64,000 nt of DNA from Acidimicrobiales bacterium. GTDB lineage: Bacteria; Actinomycetota; Acidimicrobiia; Acidimicrobiales; Aldehydirespiratoraceae. The stretch is taken from the NCBI GenBank assembly GCA_965200005.1, contig OZ241331.1, positions 763,862-827,861 on the forward strand. The letters run 5' to 3'. The notes under the pieces are model-generated. The model saw only the letters and a program-made list of their open reading frames with translations. It made no database searches and was not told where the DNA came from. Below, in pieces: positions 19,839-29,066 of the stretch; position 1 is the first letter of the stretch, and every line of letters starts with the position of its first letter. The position numbers and the translations under genes were made by a program.

Positions 19839-22034
19839 ATGGGGGCGAGTTCTAGGCGCGTCACGTCTGTGGATGTGGCCACGGAGGCAGGCGTTTCACA
19901 AGCAACTGTGGCCCGCGTCTTTGCGTCGCCGCAGCTGGTTGCTGCTAGCACCAAAGCTCGCGTACTAGCTGTCGCCGAACGGCTCGGCTATGTGCCCAAC
20001 GCAATCGCTCGCAGCCTCAAGTCACAACGCACCAACATGTTTGGTGCCGTTGTGCCGGCCGCCGGCGAGTACTGGCAAGGGGTTGTCACGGCCTTCTCGA
20101 GCCAGCTAGCCGCCCAGGGCCGTCAGTTGCTGCTGTTCAGCTTCAGCGACCCCAGCGAGGTCGACTCTGCACTGAGATCACTCGCTCAGTATCGCCTCGA
20201 CGGGGTGATACTTGCCTCTTCAACGATCTCTCAGGCGCAGTTTGCCCGGGCGCTTCGAAGCGACCTGCCCCTTGTCGCCTTCAACCAACCTGACGCTGCC
20301 TCGGTGATCCCTTCGGTGAGCATCGACAATGAGGCAGGCATGAGGGTGCTCGCTGATCACCTCATTGATAAGAGATGCAACTCTGCGCTCTTCGTGGGTG
20401 GGGTAGCCGGTGCCTCCACCGATCAGATGCGCTACCGGGGCGCAGCCAGCCAGCTCGGCCATCACGGTGTCGCTTGCCCCTACCTCGAAGCGGGTGCGTT
20501 CAGCTACAAGGCAGGCCACGATTGCGTCGAGCGGATCTTGGCGCGTTCGACGCTGCCCGATGCGGTGATGGTCAGCAGCGACGAGGTCGCGCTCGGCATC
20601 ATCGATGGTTTCAAGAGCGCCGGGGTGCGCGTCCCCGATGATGTGTTGCTAACTGGCTTCGACGGCCTGCCGCAAGCCTCCTGGGCAGGATATGACCTGA
20701 CGACCATCAGCCAGCCAATTGACCTGCTCGTTGAGCGTGCTCTGAATCTGCTTCTAGCAACGAAGCACGCCGAAGCCGAACCACCTTCGATTGTGGTTGA
20801 TGGCGTACCTCGCTTTGGCGCTAGCACCAGACCCCCAACTAACAACGGCAACCGAGGTCACATCAACGCCAGTGTTGATGGCGATGTCGTGGTCCAGCGA
20901 TCGGCCATGGCCCGTCGGGTGATCGAACCCGCTGCATTCAGAGCCGACACCGAAGCATTCGTTGATGTGCGTATACCTCGCTCGGTAGGTAAGGCCAGTT
21001 ACTCTCTAATTGGTGGCGGCGTATCACAAAATCCCGACCAGACAGTCAACCTGGCCGAACCTCACGGCTTTCATATTGGTGCGGCCAGCATGCGTCACGG
21101 AGTCGTTAACAACCAGCACCTTCATTACACCGCTGAGGTGTTCATCTGTACTCGTGGTGATTGGCGCTTCCACTTTGGTGAGCGCAGCAACCAGCATTTC
21201 GATATCGGCCCCCGCACCGTGCTGTCAGCGCCGACCTGGGTTTTCCGAGGCTTTGAGAACATCGGTGCAGACGACGGCTGGCTATTCACCGTTCTCGGTG
21301 GTGATGAAACAGGGGGCATCATCTGGGCGCCAGAAGTGTTACGTGAAGCTGCAGCCACAGGCATGTATCTGCGCTCAGACAACTCCCTGGCTGATGTCAC
21401 CAAAGGTGACTCAATTGATGGCCGTGACGATCTCATCAAGCCACTAAGCCAAGAACAACTGCGCTATCTTGACAGCTATAGCGACACAGAGTTAGCCGAG
21501 CGAGCGGTGCAATTCGGAGATCTTGATTGGTCGGCTACTGCACTTCTGTCCAGCGTTTTGCCGGGTCACTCAACACAACTTGCGCCAGTGATCGGCTTTG
21601 GTCTCAGCGAAGACCGCCGACAACATGCACCAATAGCTACTCCGCACGGCTTCTCACTGGAGTGGTTGCGTGTCGAACTTGGATCTAGCACCGGTTTGCA
21701 TCGCCATCACCACAAACAGGCCGTTTTGCTTTGCGAAGGTAGTTGGCAGATCCAGGTCAACCGGGATCGCCATGCTGTTACTCACATGCCTGCTGAAGGC
21801 TCAGTGGTTTCTATTCCGCCTGGTGCCTGGCGAAGTTTCACAAATATCGGTTCTCGCGTAGGTCACGCTGTTGTGGTCTGCGCAACTGACCTGAGGCCTC
21901 AAATTGACTGGGATCCCAGCATCGTCGAGGCCGCCGGGTCAAAGGGGTGGGGGCGTGATGCCGCTGGGTATCTGGCCCCGCTAGAGCTGCTCGGAGGTCA
22001 CACACCATCCGAGCCGCTCACTATCAATCCATAA
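19839..22034 (+). CDS. LacI-family transcriptional regulator fused to a C-terminal bicupin
   Basis: 731-aa ORF. N-terminus: HTH VTSVDVATEAGVSQATVARVF...GYVPNAIARSLK plus a PBP-type effector domain. From about residue 345: two cupin-like modules (HLHYTAEVFICTRGDWRFHFG...VFRGFENIG and HRHHHKQAVLLCEGSWQIQV...AWRSFTNIG). No stop codon separates the two parts. Confidence 0.7.
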   Translation: MGASSRRVTSVDVATEAGVSQATVARVFASPQLVAASTKARVLAVAERLGYVPNAIARSLKSQRTNMFGAVVPAAGEYWQGVVTAFSSQLAAQGRQLLLFSFSDPSEVDSALRSLAQYRLDGVILASSTISQAQFARALRSDLPLVAFNQPDAASVIPSVSIDNEAGMRVLADHLIDKRCNSALFVGGVAGASTDQMRYRGAASQLGHHGVACPYLEAGAFSYKAGHDCVERILARSTLPDAVMVSSDEVALGIIDGFKSAGVRVPDDVLLTGFDGLPQASWAGYDLTTISQPIDLLVERALNLLLATKHAEAEPPSIVVDGVPRFGASTRPPTNNGNRGHINASVDGDVVVQRSAMARRVIEPAAFRADTEAFVDVRIPRSVGKASYSLIGGGVSQNPDQTVNLAEPHGFHIGAASMRHGVVNNQHLHYTAEVFICTRGDWRFHFGERSNQHFDIGPRTVLSAPTWVFRGFENIGADDGWLFTVLGGDETGGIIWAPEVLREAAATGMYLRSDNSLADVTKGDSIDGRDDLIKPLSQEQLRYLDSYSDTELAERAVQFGDLDWSATALLSSVLPGHSTQLAPVIGFGLSEDRRQHAPIATPHGFSLEWLRVELGSSTGLHRHHHKQAVLLCEGSWQIQVNRDRHAVTHMPAEGSVVSIPPGAWRSFTNIGSRVGHAVVVCATDLRPQIDWDPSIVEAAGSKGWGRDAAGYLAPLELLGGHTPSEPLTINP

Positions 22035-22058
22035 ATCCTGTCCCATGGAGGTACAAGA

Positions 22059-23576
22059 ATGCAACTAAGGAACCGCAAATGGTGTCGGCTCGCAGCCGTC
22101 CTGTTTGCTTTCACACTCATTGCCGCTGCTTGCGGTGATGATGATGACGAACCAGCAGCCGCGCCAGCTAGTTCGGCCACGGACTCTGGCGACGAAATGT
22201 CAAGCTCCGACGACGATATGTCAGCCGACGCTGCTGACAGTGACATGACTGACGACTCTTCGGAGATGACCGATGACTCCGACGAGATGATCGACGACTC
22301 TGACGAGATGCCAGCTGAAACAGAGGAAATGGCTACTGAAGAGCCAGCCGCTGAGATGGCCATGATTTCAGATGAGTGTCACATTCCTAATCCCGAAAGT
22401 GAAGTCGAGATTGACATCATGGGGTGGGAGTTCCCGATCATCTCTCAATACGCCGAAGAGATCTATGACTGTGAGGAAGGCAACTACTCCTTCAACTACC
22501 AGTTCCTCGACTCGGTTGAAGCTCGCAACGCCATGACAGCCGACGCCGCTAGTGGCTCACCAAGCTTCGAGCTATACCAAGGCTCAAATGCCTTTGTTGG
22601 TGAACTCGCCAACCAGGGTTTCGTACGGCCACTCGACGATCTTGTTGACAAATATCGCGACGAGTTCAACCTTGATCAGATTGATCAGGCGTTCTGGGAC
22701 ATGGCCTCCATCGACGGTCACATCTATGCGATCCCGATGGTCTCCAACACGATGCACGTGTTCTACAACGAGCCGCTAATGAACGAACTCGGAATGTCCG
22801 TTCCGACCACATTCGAAGAGGCTTTTGAGACTTGCGCAGCGATTCAAGATGCCGACTATGACATCGGCTTCTTGTACATGCTGTCGGCTGGTTGGGCCTG
22901 GCAGATCGAGTTCGACTCGGTGCTTGGTTCGCTGGGTTTGACCAATATCGATCCCATGACTGGTGCGCCAAACTTCAACACACCCGAGGGCGTTCAGGCA
23001 GCGACGCTGCTGCAGCGGATGTGGCAAGAGTGCGCACCGGACGCTGCCGGCTCCTACAGCACTGACGATGTGCAGGCTGCGTTCCAGACGGGCGAAGCCA
23101 TCCTGGGTCACACCTGGGCATCACGCGCCGGCGCCATGGACGATCCAGAAGCCTCCACCGTTGTTGGCGAGATCCAGTTCGCTCCCGCGCTCAGCACCGG
23201 TGGGGATGTATTGGCAGCTCCGGCCTACATCGATGGTTGGATGATCCCTGCAGGCACTCCCGAAGACATGGTTGAGACGATCTTCCTGGCAGCCCTGGCC
23301 GCTACCGACCTTGAGAGCCAGGAGGCCGCAGCGGAGTTCGGTCTCGTTACCCGCTCCGGCGTCAGCCACCCCAACGGCCCACGTGACGCAGCCGCCGCCG
23401 AAGCGAGCCTTGTCCACGGTCGCGGTGCCGACCTGACGCATCCTGCTGCGGGTATTGCACGCGCCAAGCTTGGTGAGGCTCTCGTCACAATTCTCGACGG
23501 CACGCCGGTCGAAGAGGCCCTCGCCGCCGCTGAAGCCGCGTACATCGAAGAGGCAACCGCTCAGGGCCTGCTCTAA
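22059..23576 (+). CDS. Sugar ABC transporter substrate-binding lipoprotein (family 1 / CUT1-like)
   Basis: Lipobox LIAAACGDDDD, a long D/S/E/M acidic linker, then a family-1 SBP-sized body. It sits upstream of MalF/MalG-type permeases. Confidence 0.8.
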   Translation: MQLRNRKWCRLAAVLFAFTLIAAACGDDDDEPAAAPASSATDSGDEMSSSDDDMSADAADSDMTDDSSEMTDDSDEMIDDSDEMPAETEEMATEEPAAEMAMISDECHIPNPESEVEIDIMGWEFPIISQYAEEIYDCEEGNYSFNYQFLDSVEARNAMTADAASGSPSFELYQGSNAFVGELANQGFVRPLDDLVDKYRDEFNLDQIDQAFWDMASIDGHIYAIPMVSNTMHVFYNEPLMNELGMSVPTTFEEAFETCAAIQDADYDIGFLYMLSAGWAWQIEFDSVLGSLGLTNIDPMTGAPNFNTPEGVQAATLLQRMWQECAPDAAGSYSTDDVQAAFQTGEAILGHTWASRAGAMDDPEASTVVGEIQFAPALSTGGDVLAAPAYIDGWMIPAGTPEDMVETIFLAALAATDLESQEAAAEFGLVTRSGVSHPNGPRDAAAAEASLVHGRGADLTHPAAGIARAKLGEALVTILDGTPVEEALAAAEAAYIEEATAQGLL

Positions 23577-23600
23577 CATCCGCCCATAGTCGTTCTGTCG

Positions 23601-23641
23601 CCAGTTTGGGGATAGCGCTTGCGGGCACTTCCTCAAACTGG
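23601..23641 (+). promoter_or_regulatory. Intercistronic hairpin after the SBP gene
   Basis: CCAGTTTG (23601-23608) pairs with CAAACTGG (23634-23641). It lies between the SBP stop and the permease start, and no T tract follows. Confidence 0.4.
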
Positions 23642-23710
23642 TGGCAGTTTGCGGCTTAATCAACAGCGGATCTGAGTGCCAGAGTCACCACAAAGGGGGG
23701 ACGGCAACAG

Positions 23711-24577
23711 ATGACCCGACGCACTTTCTGGGCTTTCACCATCCCAAGCGTTGTCATAATGCTGGCGCTGATGGTGTTCCCGTTGCTGACCACTGTGTGG
23801 CTCGGCTTTCACAAACTCCTATTGCGCGATCTCAACAATCCCGAGTGGATCGGTCTAGACAACTACCGAGACCTGCTCAGCGACCCAGAGTTCTGGGCTG
23901 CATTCCGGTTCACGATGATCTTCGTATTGATCGTGGTACCTGCATCCCTGTTGCTTGGACTAGCCATTGCACTGTTGCTAGACCGGGTAGGGCGAGGTCG
24001 CAGCTTTTATATGGCGGCTCTGCTGTTGCCGTTCATCGTGACGCCTGTTGTCGGCAGCCTTGTCTACAAGGATCTCTTTGAGCGTGGCGGTTTGCTGTCA
24101 TGGCTTTATGAGGTCGTTTTTGATGAGGCGTTAGCGGTGACCTCTGGCAACGTCAAGATTCTGATACTCATACAGTCAATCTGGGCAATTGCGCCGTTCC
24201 CTATGATCGCGTTCTTTGCTGGACTGCAAACGCTGCCACCGGAGCGTCTGGAAGCCGCCGCAATTGACGGGGCGGGCTTCTGGCGCAATTTGTGGCACAT
24301 AACCCTGCCTCATTTGCGGATAATCCTCTTGTTCGTCGGCCTGATTGCGATCATGGACGCCTATCGCATCTATGACAGTGTGTTCGTCTGGACCGGTAAC
24401 CGGTTCACAGATGCGCACACGTTGCAGGTGTACAACGTCCGGGTTGCGACCGCCTATGACATTGGACGATTAGGTAAGGGCAACGCTATGGCGGTGCTGA
24501 CGGTTATCGGGATCTTTGTGGTGCTAATCCCATTCCTGTGGCGTAGCTACAAAGACCAGATTGCGGAAAGAACCTAA
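23711..24577 (+). CDS. Sugar ABC transporter permease (MalF/UgpA-like)
   Basis: 288 aa, 6 TM-like segments, EAA loop LEAAAIDGAGFWRNLWHITLPHL. Confidence 0.85.
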   Translation: MTRRTFWAFTIPSVVIMLALMVFPLLTTVWLGFHKLLLRDLNNPEWIGLDNYRDLLSDPEFWAAFRFTMIFVLIVVPASLLLGLAIALLLDRVGRGRSFYMAALLLPFIVTPVVGSLVYKDLFERGGLLSWLYEVVFDEALAVTSGNVKILILIQSIWAIAPFPMIAFFAGLQTLPPERLEAAAIDGAGFWRNLWHITLPHLRIILLFVGLIAIMDAYRIYDSVFVWTGNRFTDAHTLQVYNVRVATAYDIGRLGKGNAMAVLTVIGIFVVLIPFLWRSYKDQIAERT

Positions 24578-24578
24578 G

Positions 24579-25655
24579 ATGCAGCGCTCCACCAAACTCT
24601 CAAGAGTGGCACTGCACACCACGATGATCCTGCTCGTGGTGTGGAGCGTGCTGCCATTTGTCTGGACTGCTCAGACTTCAATCAAGTTCACCCGTGATGT
24701 GGCCGCCAAGGTGCCGGTGCTGTGGGGTTACGAAACCACAGCTAATGCTTACAAGGCCTTTTGGCTTGATGACGACGACATCAACATGTGGAGTGTTCTC
24801 GTCTACATCCTTGCTATAGCCGCGGTCTGTCTGGTAATCGCGCAAATCGGTCGCCGTGTCAAGATTGGCTGGCCCTGGTTTGTTGGAACTGCTGCACTCC
24901 TCGCATTCGCTCTGTGGCACTTCCCCAGGGTGTGGGAGGTGAACGACGAGTACGACTTCCTGATCAACAGCGTCGTGGTGACGGTGTTGGTGATGCTGAT
25001 CTCGCTATCAATCGGTCTGTTAGCCGGCTATGGCTTGGCGCGTTACACAGGTATTTCGGGCGCCATAATCCTGATCGTTGCGCTCGGCTTCCGGGCACTA
25101 CCACGCACCGCTTTCGTGTTGCCATACTTCTTTGGTGCCAAGGAAATTGATGAGTGGCTCGTGAGCAGCGGGGTCGGTAGCTGGGACTTTCCGATCATTG
25201 ACTTTCCAATGGTCGATACGTTGCAGATCCTTGATACCCGTCTTGCCATCGTGCTGGCATTGGTGGCTGTGAATCAGCCGTTCACGATCTGGATGCTGCG
25301 TTCGTTCTTCATGGATGTGCCTAAAGAGATCGAGGAAGCAGCCATGGTGGACGGCGCCACTCGCCTTCAGGCATTTCGCAAGGTGATTATTCCCATCATG
25401 TGGCCAGCAATCATCGCTACCGGCCTGTTTACGATGCTGCTCGCTTACAACGAGTACCTGTTTGTGAGGGTGTTGGCTCCAACCGAATGGACGCTGCCGG
25501 TGGCCATTGTGTCGCTTACAGGCGGCGAGAGTTCACGAACTATCACCGAAGCCGCGGCCGCTTCGGTATCGATCACGCTGCCAATCGTTGTGGTGATCAT
25601 CTTGTTCCAAAAGCACCTTGTGAAGGGCTTGGGGGCAGGAGCAGTCAAGGGTTGA
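24579..25655 (+). CDS. Sugar ABC transporter permease (MalG/UgpE-like) with extra hydrophobic insertions
   Basis: ATG 24579 lies right after the upstream stop. The ORF track offers 24561. EAA loop IEEAAMVDGATRLQAFRKVIIPIM. At 358 aa from this start it is longer than the usual ~280 aa. Confidence 0.8.
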   Translation: MQRSTKLSRVALHTTMILLVVWSVLPFVWTAQTSIKFTRDVAAKVPVLWGYETTANAYKAFWLDDDDINMWSVLVYILAIAAVCLVIAQIGRRVKIGWPWFVGTAALLAFALWHFPRVWEVNDEYDFLINSVVVTVLVMLISLSIGLLAGYGLARYTGISGAIILIVALGFRALPRTAFVLPYFFGAKEIDEWLVSSGVGSWDFPIIDFPMVDTLQILDTRLAIVLALVAVNQPFTIWMLRSFFMDVPKEIEEAAMVDGATRLQAFRKVIIPIMWPAIIATGLFTMLLAYNEYLFVRVLAPTEWTLPVAIVSLTGGESSRTITEAAAASVSITLPIVVVIILFQKHLVKGLGAGAVKG

Positions 25656-25665
25656 TGTCGGCCTG

Positions 25666-26703
25666 ATGTCCTCGGTGTTGCAAGCCGCTAAGGCCGCTGT
25701 GCTCAACCATCATCGCCAACTTGATGCGGCATCTGTTGATGAGATCCCAGACGCTTTGTTTGAGACAACTTCGGGTAATGCTTATCGCTGGCGCGGTATG
25801 CATCCCTTTCATCGGATTGCAGGTGCCGAGGCGGTAGCCGAACAATTCTGGCAGCCACTGCGTCGTGCCTTGACATCAATTCAGCGTCGCCCTGATGTGT
25901 TTCTGGCTGGTCACAACACTGTCAGCGAAGTTGGTGGCGTGTGGGTGTGTGAGATGGGACACCTTCTCGGTCTCTTTGATGAGCCTTGGCTGGCGATCCC
26001 TCCGACCCGCAAGATGTGCTTCTTTCGCTATGCCGAGTTCAGCCGGGTCGACAACGATGTCATCGTGGAAACGGCGCTGTTCTTTGATGTGATCAGCATC
26101 ATGCGCCAGGCGGGTCACTATCCGCTGCCGCCTCAGACTGGCTCATCGCATATCTATCCGGGCCCTCGCACTCACGACGGATTGTTGCTCGGAGAATTTC
26201 CCCCGAGCCAAGGACTCGCAACCATGGATCTGGTCGATGAGATGATCACCGACTTGGTCGAAGCCAACCGCATCGGCAACGAGACCGGCATGCATCGCAT
26301 GCCACGTGAAGTCTTGGCACGCACCTGGCATGAAGACATGATCTGGTCGGGGCCCGAAGGGATTGGCGCCAGCTACACCATTGATCGCTACCAGCAGCAG
26401 CATTCTTACCCGTTCCGATTCAATCTGTCTGATAAGCAATTCAACGGTCACGTGGCGCGCTTTGCTGAGGGCAACTTTGCGTGTTTCTTTGGCTGGCCGA
26501 ACCTGACGCTTACTTCTGAGGGCGGCTTTCTGGGATTGACTGGTTCCACCACGCGTGCCGACATGCGGGTAGTTGACGTCTACCGGCGTGACGGAAACAA
26601 GCTTGCCGAGAACTGGGTGTTTATCGATCTGCTGAACTGGCTCTTGATGCAGGGGCTTGATGTGCTGAAGAGAATGCGTCAACTTGGCGGCGAACCGATC
26701 TGA
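25666..26703 (+). CDS. Tandem NTF2-like (SnoaL/ester-cyclase-like) domain protein, paralogue 2
   Basis: 345-aa ORF with a two-half architecture and the C-terminal ENWVFIDLLNWLLMQGLDVLKRM, which resembles the tail of the next gene. Confidence 0.5.
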   Translation: MSSVLQAAKAAVLNHHRQLDAASVDEIPDALFETTSGNAYRWRGMHPFHRIAGAEAVAEQFWQPLRRALTSIQRRPDVFLAGHNTVSEVGGVWVCEMGHLLGLFDEPWLAIPPTRKMCFFRYAEFSRVDNDVIVETALFFDVISIMRQAGHYPLPPQTGSSHIYPGPRTHDGLLLGEFPPSQGLATMDLVDEMITDLVEANRIGNETGMHRMPREVLARTWHEDMIWSGPEGIGASYTIDRYQQQHSYPFRFNLSDKQFNGHVARFAEGNFACFFGWPNLTLTSEGGFLGLTGSTTRADMRVVDVYRRDGNKLAENWVFIDLLNWLLMQGLDVLKRMRQLGGEPI

Positions 26704-26749
26704 GGCCAATAGGTACTTGCCCTCAACTGCAAGCGATTGCGAGTTCAAG

Positions 26750-27784
26750 ATGACCGTTCATGAGTCCAACCGTGCGCTGATGCAACCGTTGCTTCGTGCC
26801 ATGTATCACTGGGACAACGAACGGGTGCTCCACGCCTTGGCTTCGACGTTCGCCCCTGAGGCCGCTGTGCATCTGGCCTTCCCGTTTGAGGATCTTGAAG
26901 GTGCTCACGGTTTGTGGGCCACCGCGCTGGAGCCCCTGGCTTCGGCGATACCCGACCTGGAGCGCCGTGACGTAATCGTGATGGCGGGTAACGATCCAGC
27001 GGGTGCGAACTGGGTCGGTTGCTGCGGCCATTACACCGGCACCTGGTTGCGGCCCTTCCTAGACATTCTCCCGACGGGCCACAGTGCTGCCATGCGATTC
27101 CACGAGTTCTTCCGCTTGCAGGACGATCACGTAGTTGAGATGCAGGCGCTGTGGGACATTCCCGAGTTGATGATGCAGGCGAACGTGTGGCCGATGGCCC
27201 CCAGCTTGGGTCTTGAGTGGCTTTGCCCTGGGCCTGCCACCACCGACGGTGTGCAACAGGGCCCCCGAGACGCGGCGCTATCACAGGAAAGTTGCGACTG
27301 GGTTGTCGGGATGCTTAACGACATGGGTCGGCACCCCACGGAGCCCGTCGATGTGATGAGGCTTGAGCACTGGTGGCACCCAAAGTTCAACTGGTATGGG
27401 CCGGCTGGCATTGGAACGTGCCGCGGTGTGGCAGGGTTCCGCAACTGGCACCAGATCCCGTTCCTGAAGGCGATGCCGGATCGCAGGGGAAGCGAAGGTG
27501 GGCACTTCTTCGCCGATGGTGACTATGTGGCGGTGACCGCCTGGCCGGGTATGGCGATGACACTCACGGGCGATGGGTGGCTGGGGATAGCGCCTAAGGG
27601 CGTGCAAATGACTATGCGGAGCCTCGACTTCTGGCGTGTCGAGACCGATCCGTTCACAGGTGCCCGCAAGATCCGCGAGAACTGGGTACTCGTAGACCTG
27701 CTTGATGCATGGAACCAGCTAGGCGTCGATGTCTTGGCACGCATGCGCGAACTCGATCTACCGAGACGCCTCTGCCAGACCTAA
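26750..27784 (+). CDS. Tandem NTF2-like (SnoaL/ester-cyclase-like) domain protein, paralogue 3
   Basis: Start ATG 26750 (MTVHESNRALMQPLL); the ORF track extends back to 26684. C-terminal ENWVLVDLLDAWNQLGVDVLARM parallels paralogue 2. Confidence 0.5.
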   Translation: MTVHESNRALMQPLLRAMYHWDNERVLHALASTFAPEAAVHLAFPFEDLEGAHGLWATALEPLASAIPDLERRDVIVMAGNDPAGANWVGCCGHYTGTWLRPFLDILPTGHSAAMRFHEFFRLQDDHVVEMQALWDIPELMMQANVWPMAPSLGLEWLCPGPATTDGVQQGPRDAALSQESCDWVVGMLNDMGRHPTEPVDVMRLEHWWHPKFNWYGPAGIGTCRGVAGFRNWHQIPFLKAMPDRRGSEGGHFFADGDYVAVTAWPGMAMTLTGDGWLGIAPKGVQMTMRSLDFWRVETDPFTGARKIRENWVLVDLLDAWNQLGVDVLARMRELDLPRRLCQT

Positions 27785-27786
27785 TC

Positions 27787-27802
27787 AACGGGCCGGCCCG
27801 TT
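27787..27802. terminator. Perfect 16-nt GC-rich palindrome between convergent genes (candidate bidirectional terminator hairpin)
   Basis: AACGGGCCGGCCCGTT is a perfect palindrome. It starts 3 nt after the stop at 27784 and is followed by a G/T-rich tract. Confidence 0.4.
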
Positions 27803-27860
27803 CAACTGGTGGGGTTTGGGTGTGTCTTTGATGTGGCGGGTCGATGCGGAGCTGCCGTTG

Positions 27861-29000
27861 CTACTGCTTAGAGAAGCGGCTCGGCGAGACGACCTCCACA
27901 GTTTCTGCTAGTTCAGGCTCGGGAGGCTCGCCGGAAATCAACGCGGCACACAACCTGGCAGCGGCTGGTGATGTTTGTATGCCGGTACCTCCCTGGCCTC
28001 CACACCAGAAGAAGCCTCGTATCTGCGGGTCGAATCCAAACACTGGGGCGTGATCCGGGGCGAACGATCGTAAGCCGGCCCAGGTCGAGCGCACTGAACG
28101 GATACCAAAGGTGGTGGCGGTGTTCACTGCTTCGATGCCTCGAGCCACGTCGATCTCACGAGGACGTACATCGCAGGGTTGTTCGGGTCGCTCATCCGCA
28201 GGCGAAGCCAGGATCTGTCCACGACCCTCAGGCTTGAAGTAGAAGCTCTCATCTATGCCCACTACTAGGGGCCAGTCGTGTGGGACGTAGTTGCCCGCGC
28301 CAAACACGAAGACCGTGCGCCGGTATGGCTGGATGCCCAGAGGCACGGCGCCGGCTAACAATGCCACTTGATCGCACCACGCGCCGGCTGCGTTGACCAC
28401 GACTGTGACGCTTACCGATCTGCCATCAAGAGCCTCGACATGCCATATCGCCGAGCGCCTCTGCAAACGACGCACCCTGAAGTCAAGCACCACTACTGCA
28501 TCGTGATCGAGTGCTCCTCGTAGGAACGCCTGATGCAGGCCAGCCACATCAATGTCGAAACCGTCAGGCTCGAACACAGCGCCAGCAAGCCACTCCGGAT
28601 CTAGGGCACCGCAACGCTGCAGCGCTTGGGTGGTGCTCAACTGCTCGCAGGCCACTCCATCTCGCCGATTGGCCTTGAGCTTCCCTGGAATCTGGTCTTG
28701 CATGCCGTTAGGCACAACCCACATCACTGGTCTGGGCTCGATCAGCCAGGCATCAGCGAGACCTTCGGCTGCGCTAGCGAGAAAGTCCCAGGAGGCACTC
28801 GTGAGTGCTCGACTGCCTGGCCCACCATAGGACTCGATGTATTGGGCGGCCGAGCGGCCGGTGCTGTGGACGGCCAGTGCCGGTTCACGCTCTAGCAGCA
28901 CCGTGCTCGTGCCTCGCCGAGCTAGCTCAAAGGCGAGCGAGACCCCGGCTATGCCACCGCCGATAACCGCTACATCAAACACATCCCCAGCAGCGGTCAC
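27861..29000 (-). CDS. FAD-dependent oxidoreductase (DAO family)
   Basis: N-terminal dinucleotide fold FDVAVIGGGIAGVSLAFELARRG; 379 aa. Confidence 0.8.
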   Translation of the reverse strand: MTAAGDVFDVAVIGGGIAGVSLAFELARRGTSTVLLEREPALAVHSTGRSAAQYIESYGGPGSRALTSASWDFLASAAEGLADAWLIEPRPVMWVVPNGMQDQIPGKLKANRRDGVACEQLSTTQALQRCGALDPEWLAGAVFEPDGFDIDVAGLHQAFLRGALDHDAVVVLDFRVRRLQRRSAIWHVEALDGRSVSVTVVVNAAGAWCDQVALLAGAVPLGIQPYRRTVFVFGAGNYVPHDWPLVVGIDESFYFKPEGRGQILASPADERPEQPCDVRPREIDVARGIEAVNTATTFGIRSVRSTWAGLRSFAPDHAPVFGFDPQIRGFFWCGGQGGTGIQTSPAAARLCAALISGEPPEPELAETVEVVSPSRFSKQ

Positions 29001-29066
29001 AAGCGAACTCCCTTGCTGCCGAAAGACTTGCTAGCCGCAATCTGGGTGTGCATGTTTCGTTTCACG

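Noticed and set aside
22059-25655. The missing ATPase gene in the sugar ABC operon as an anomaly
   Set aside because: Actinobacterial CUT1 importers commonly share a single unlinked MsiK-type ATPase, so its absence is expected.
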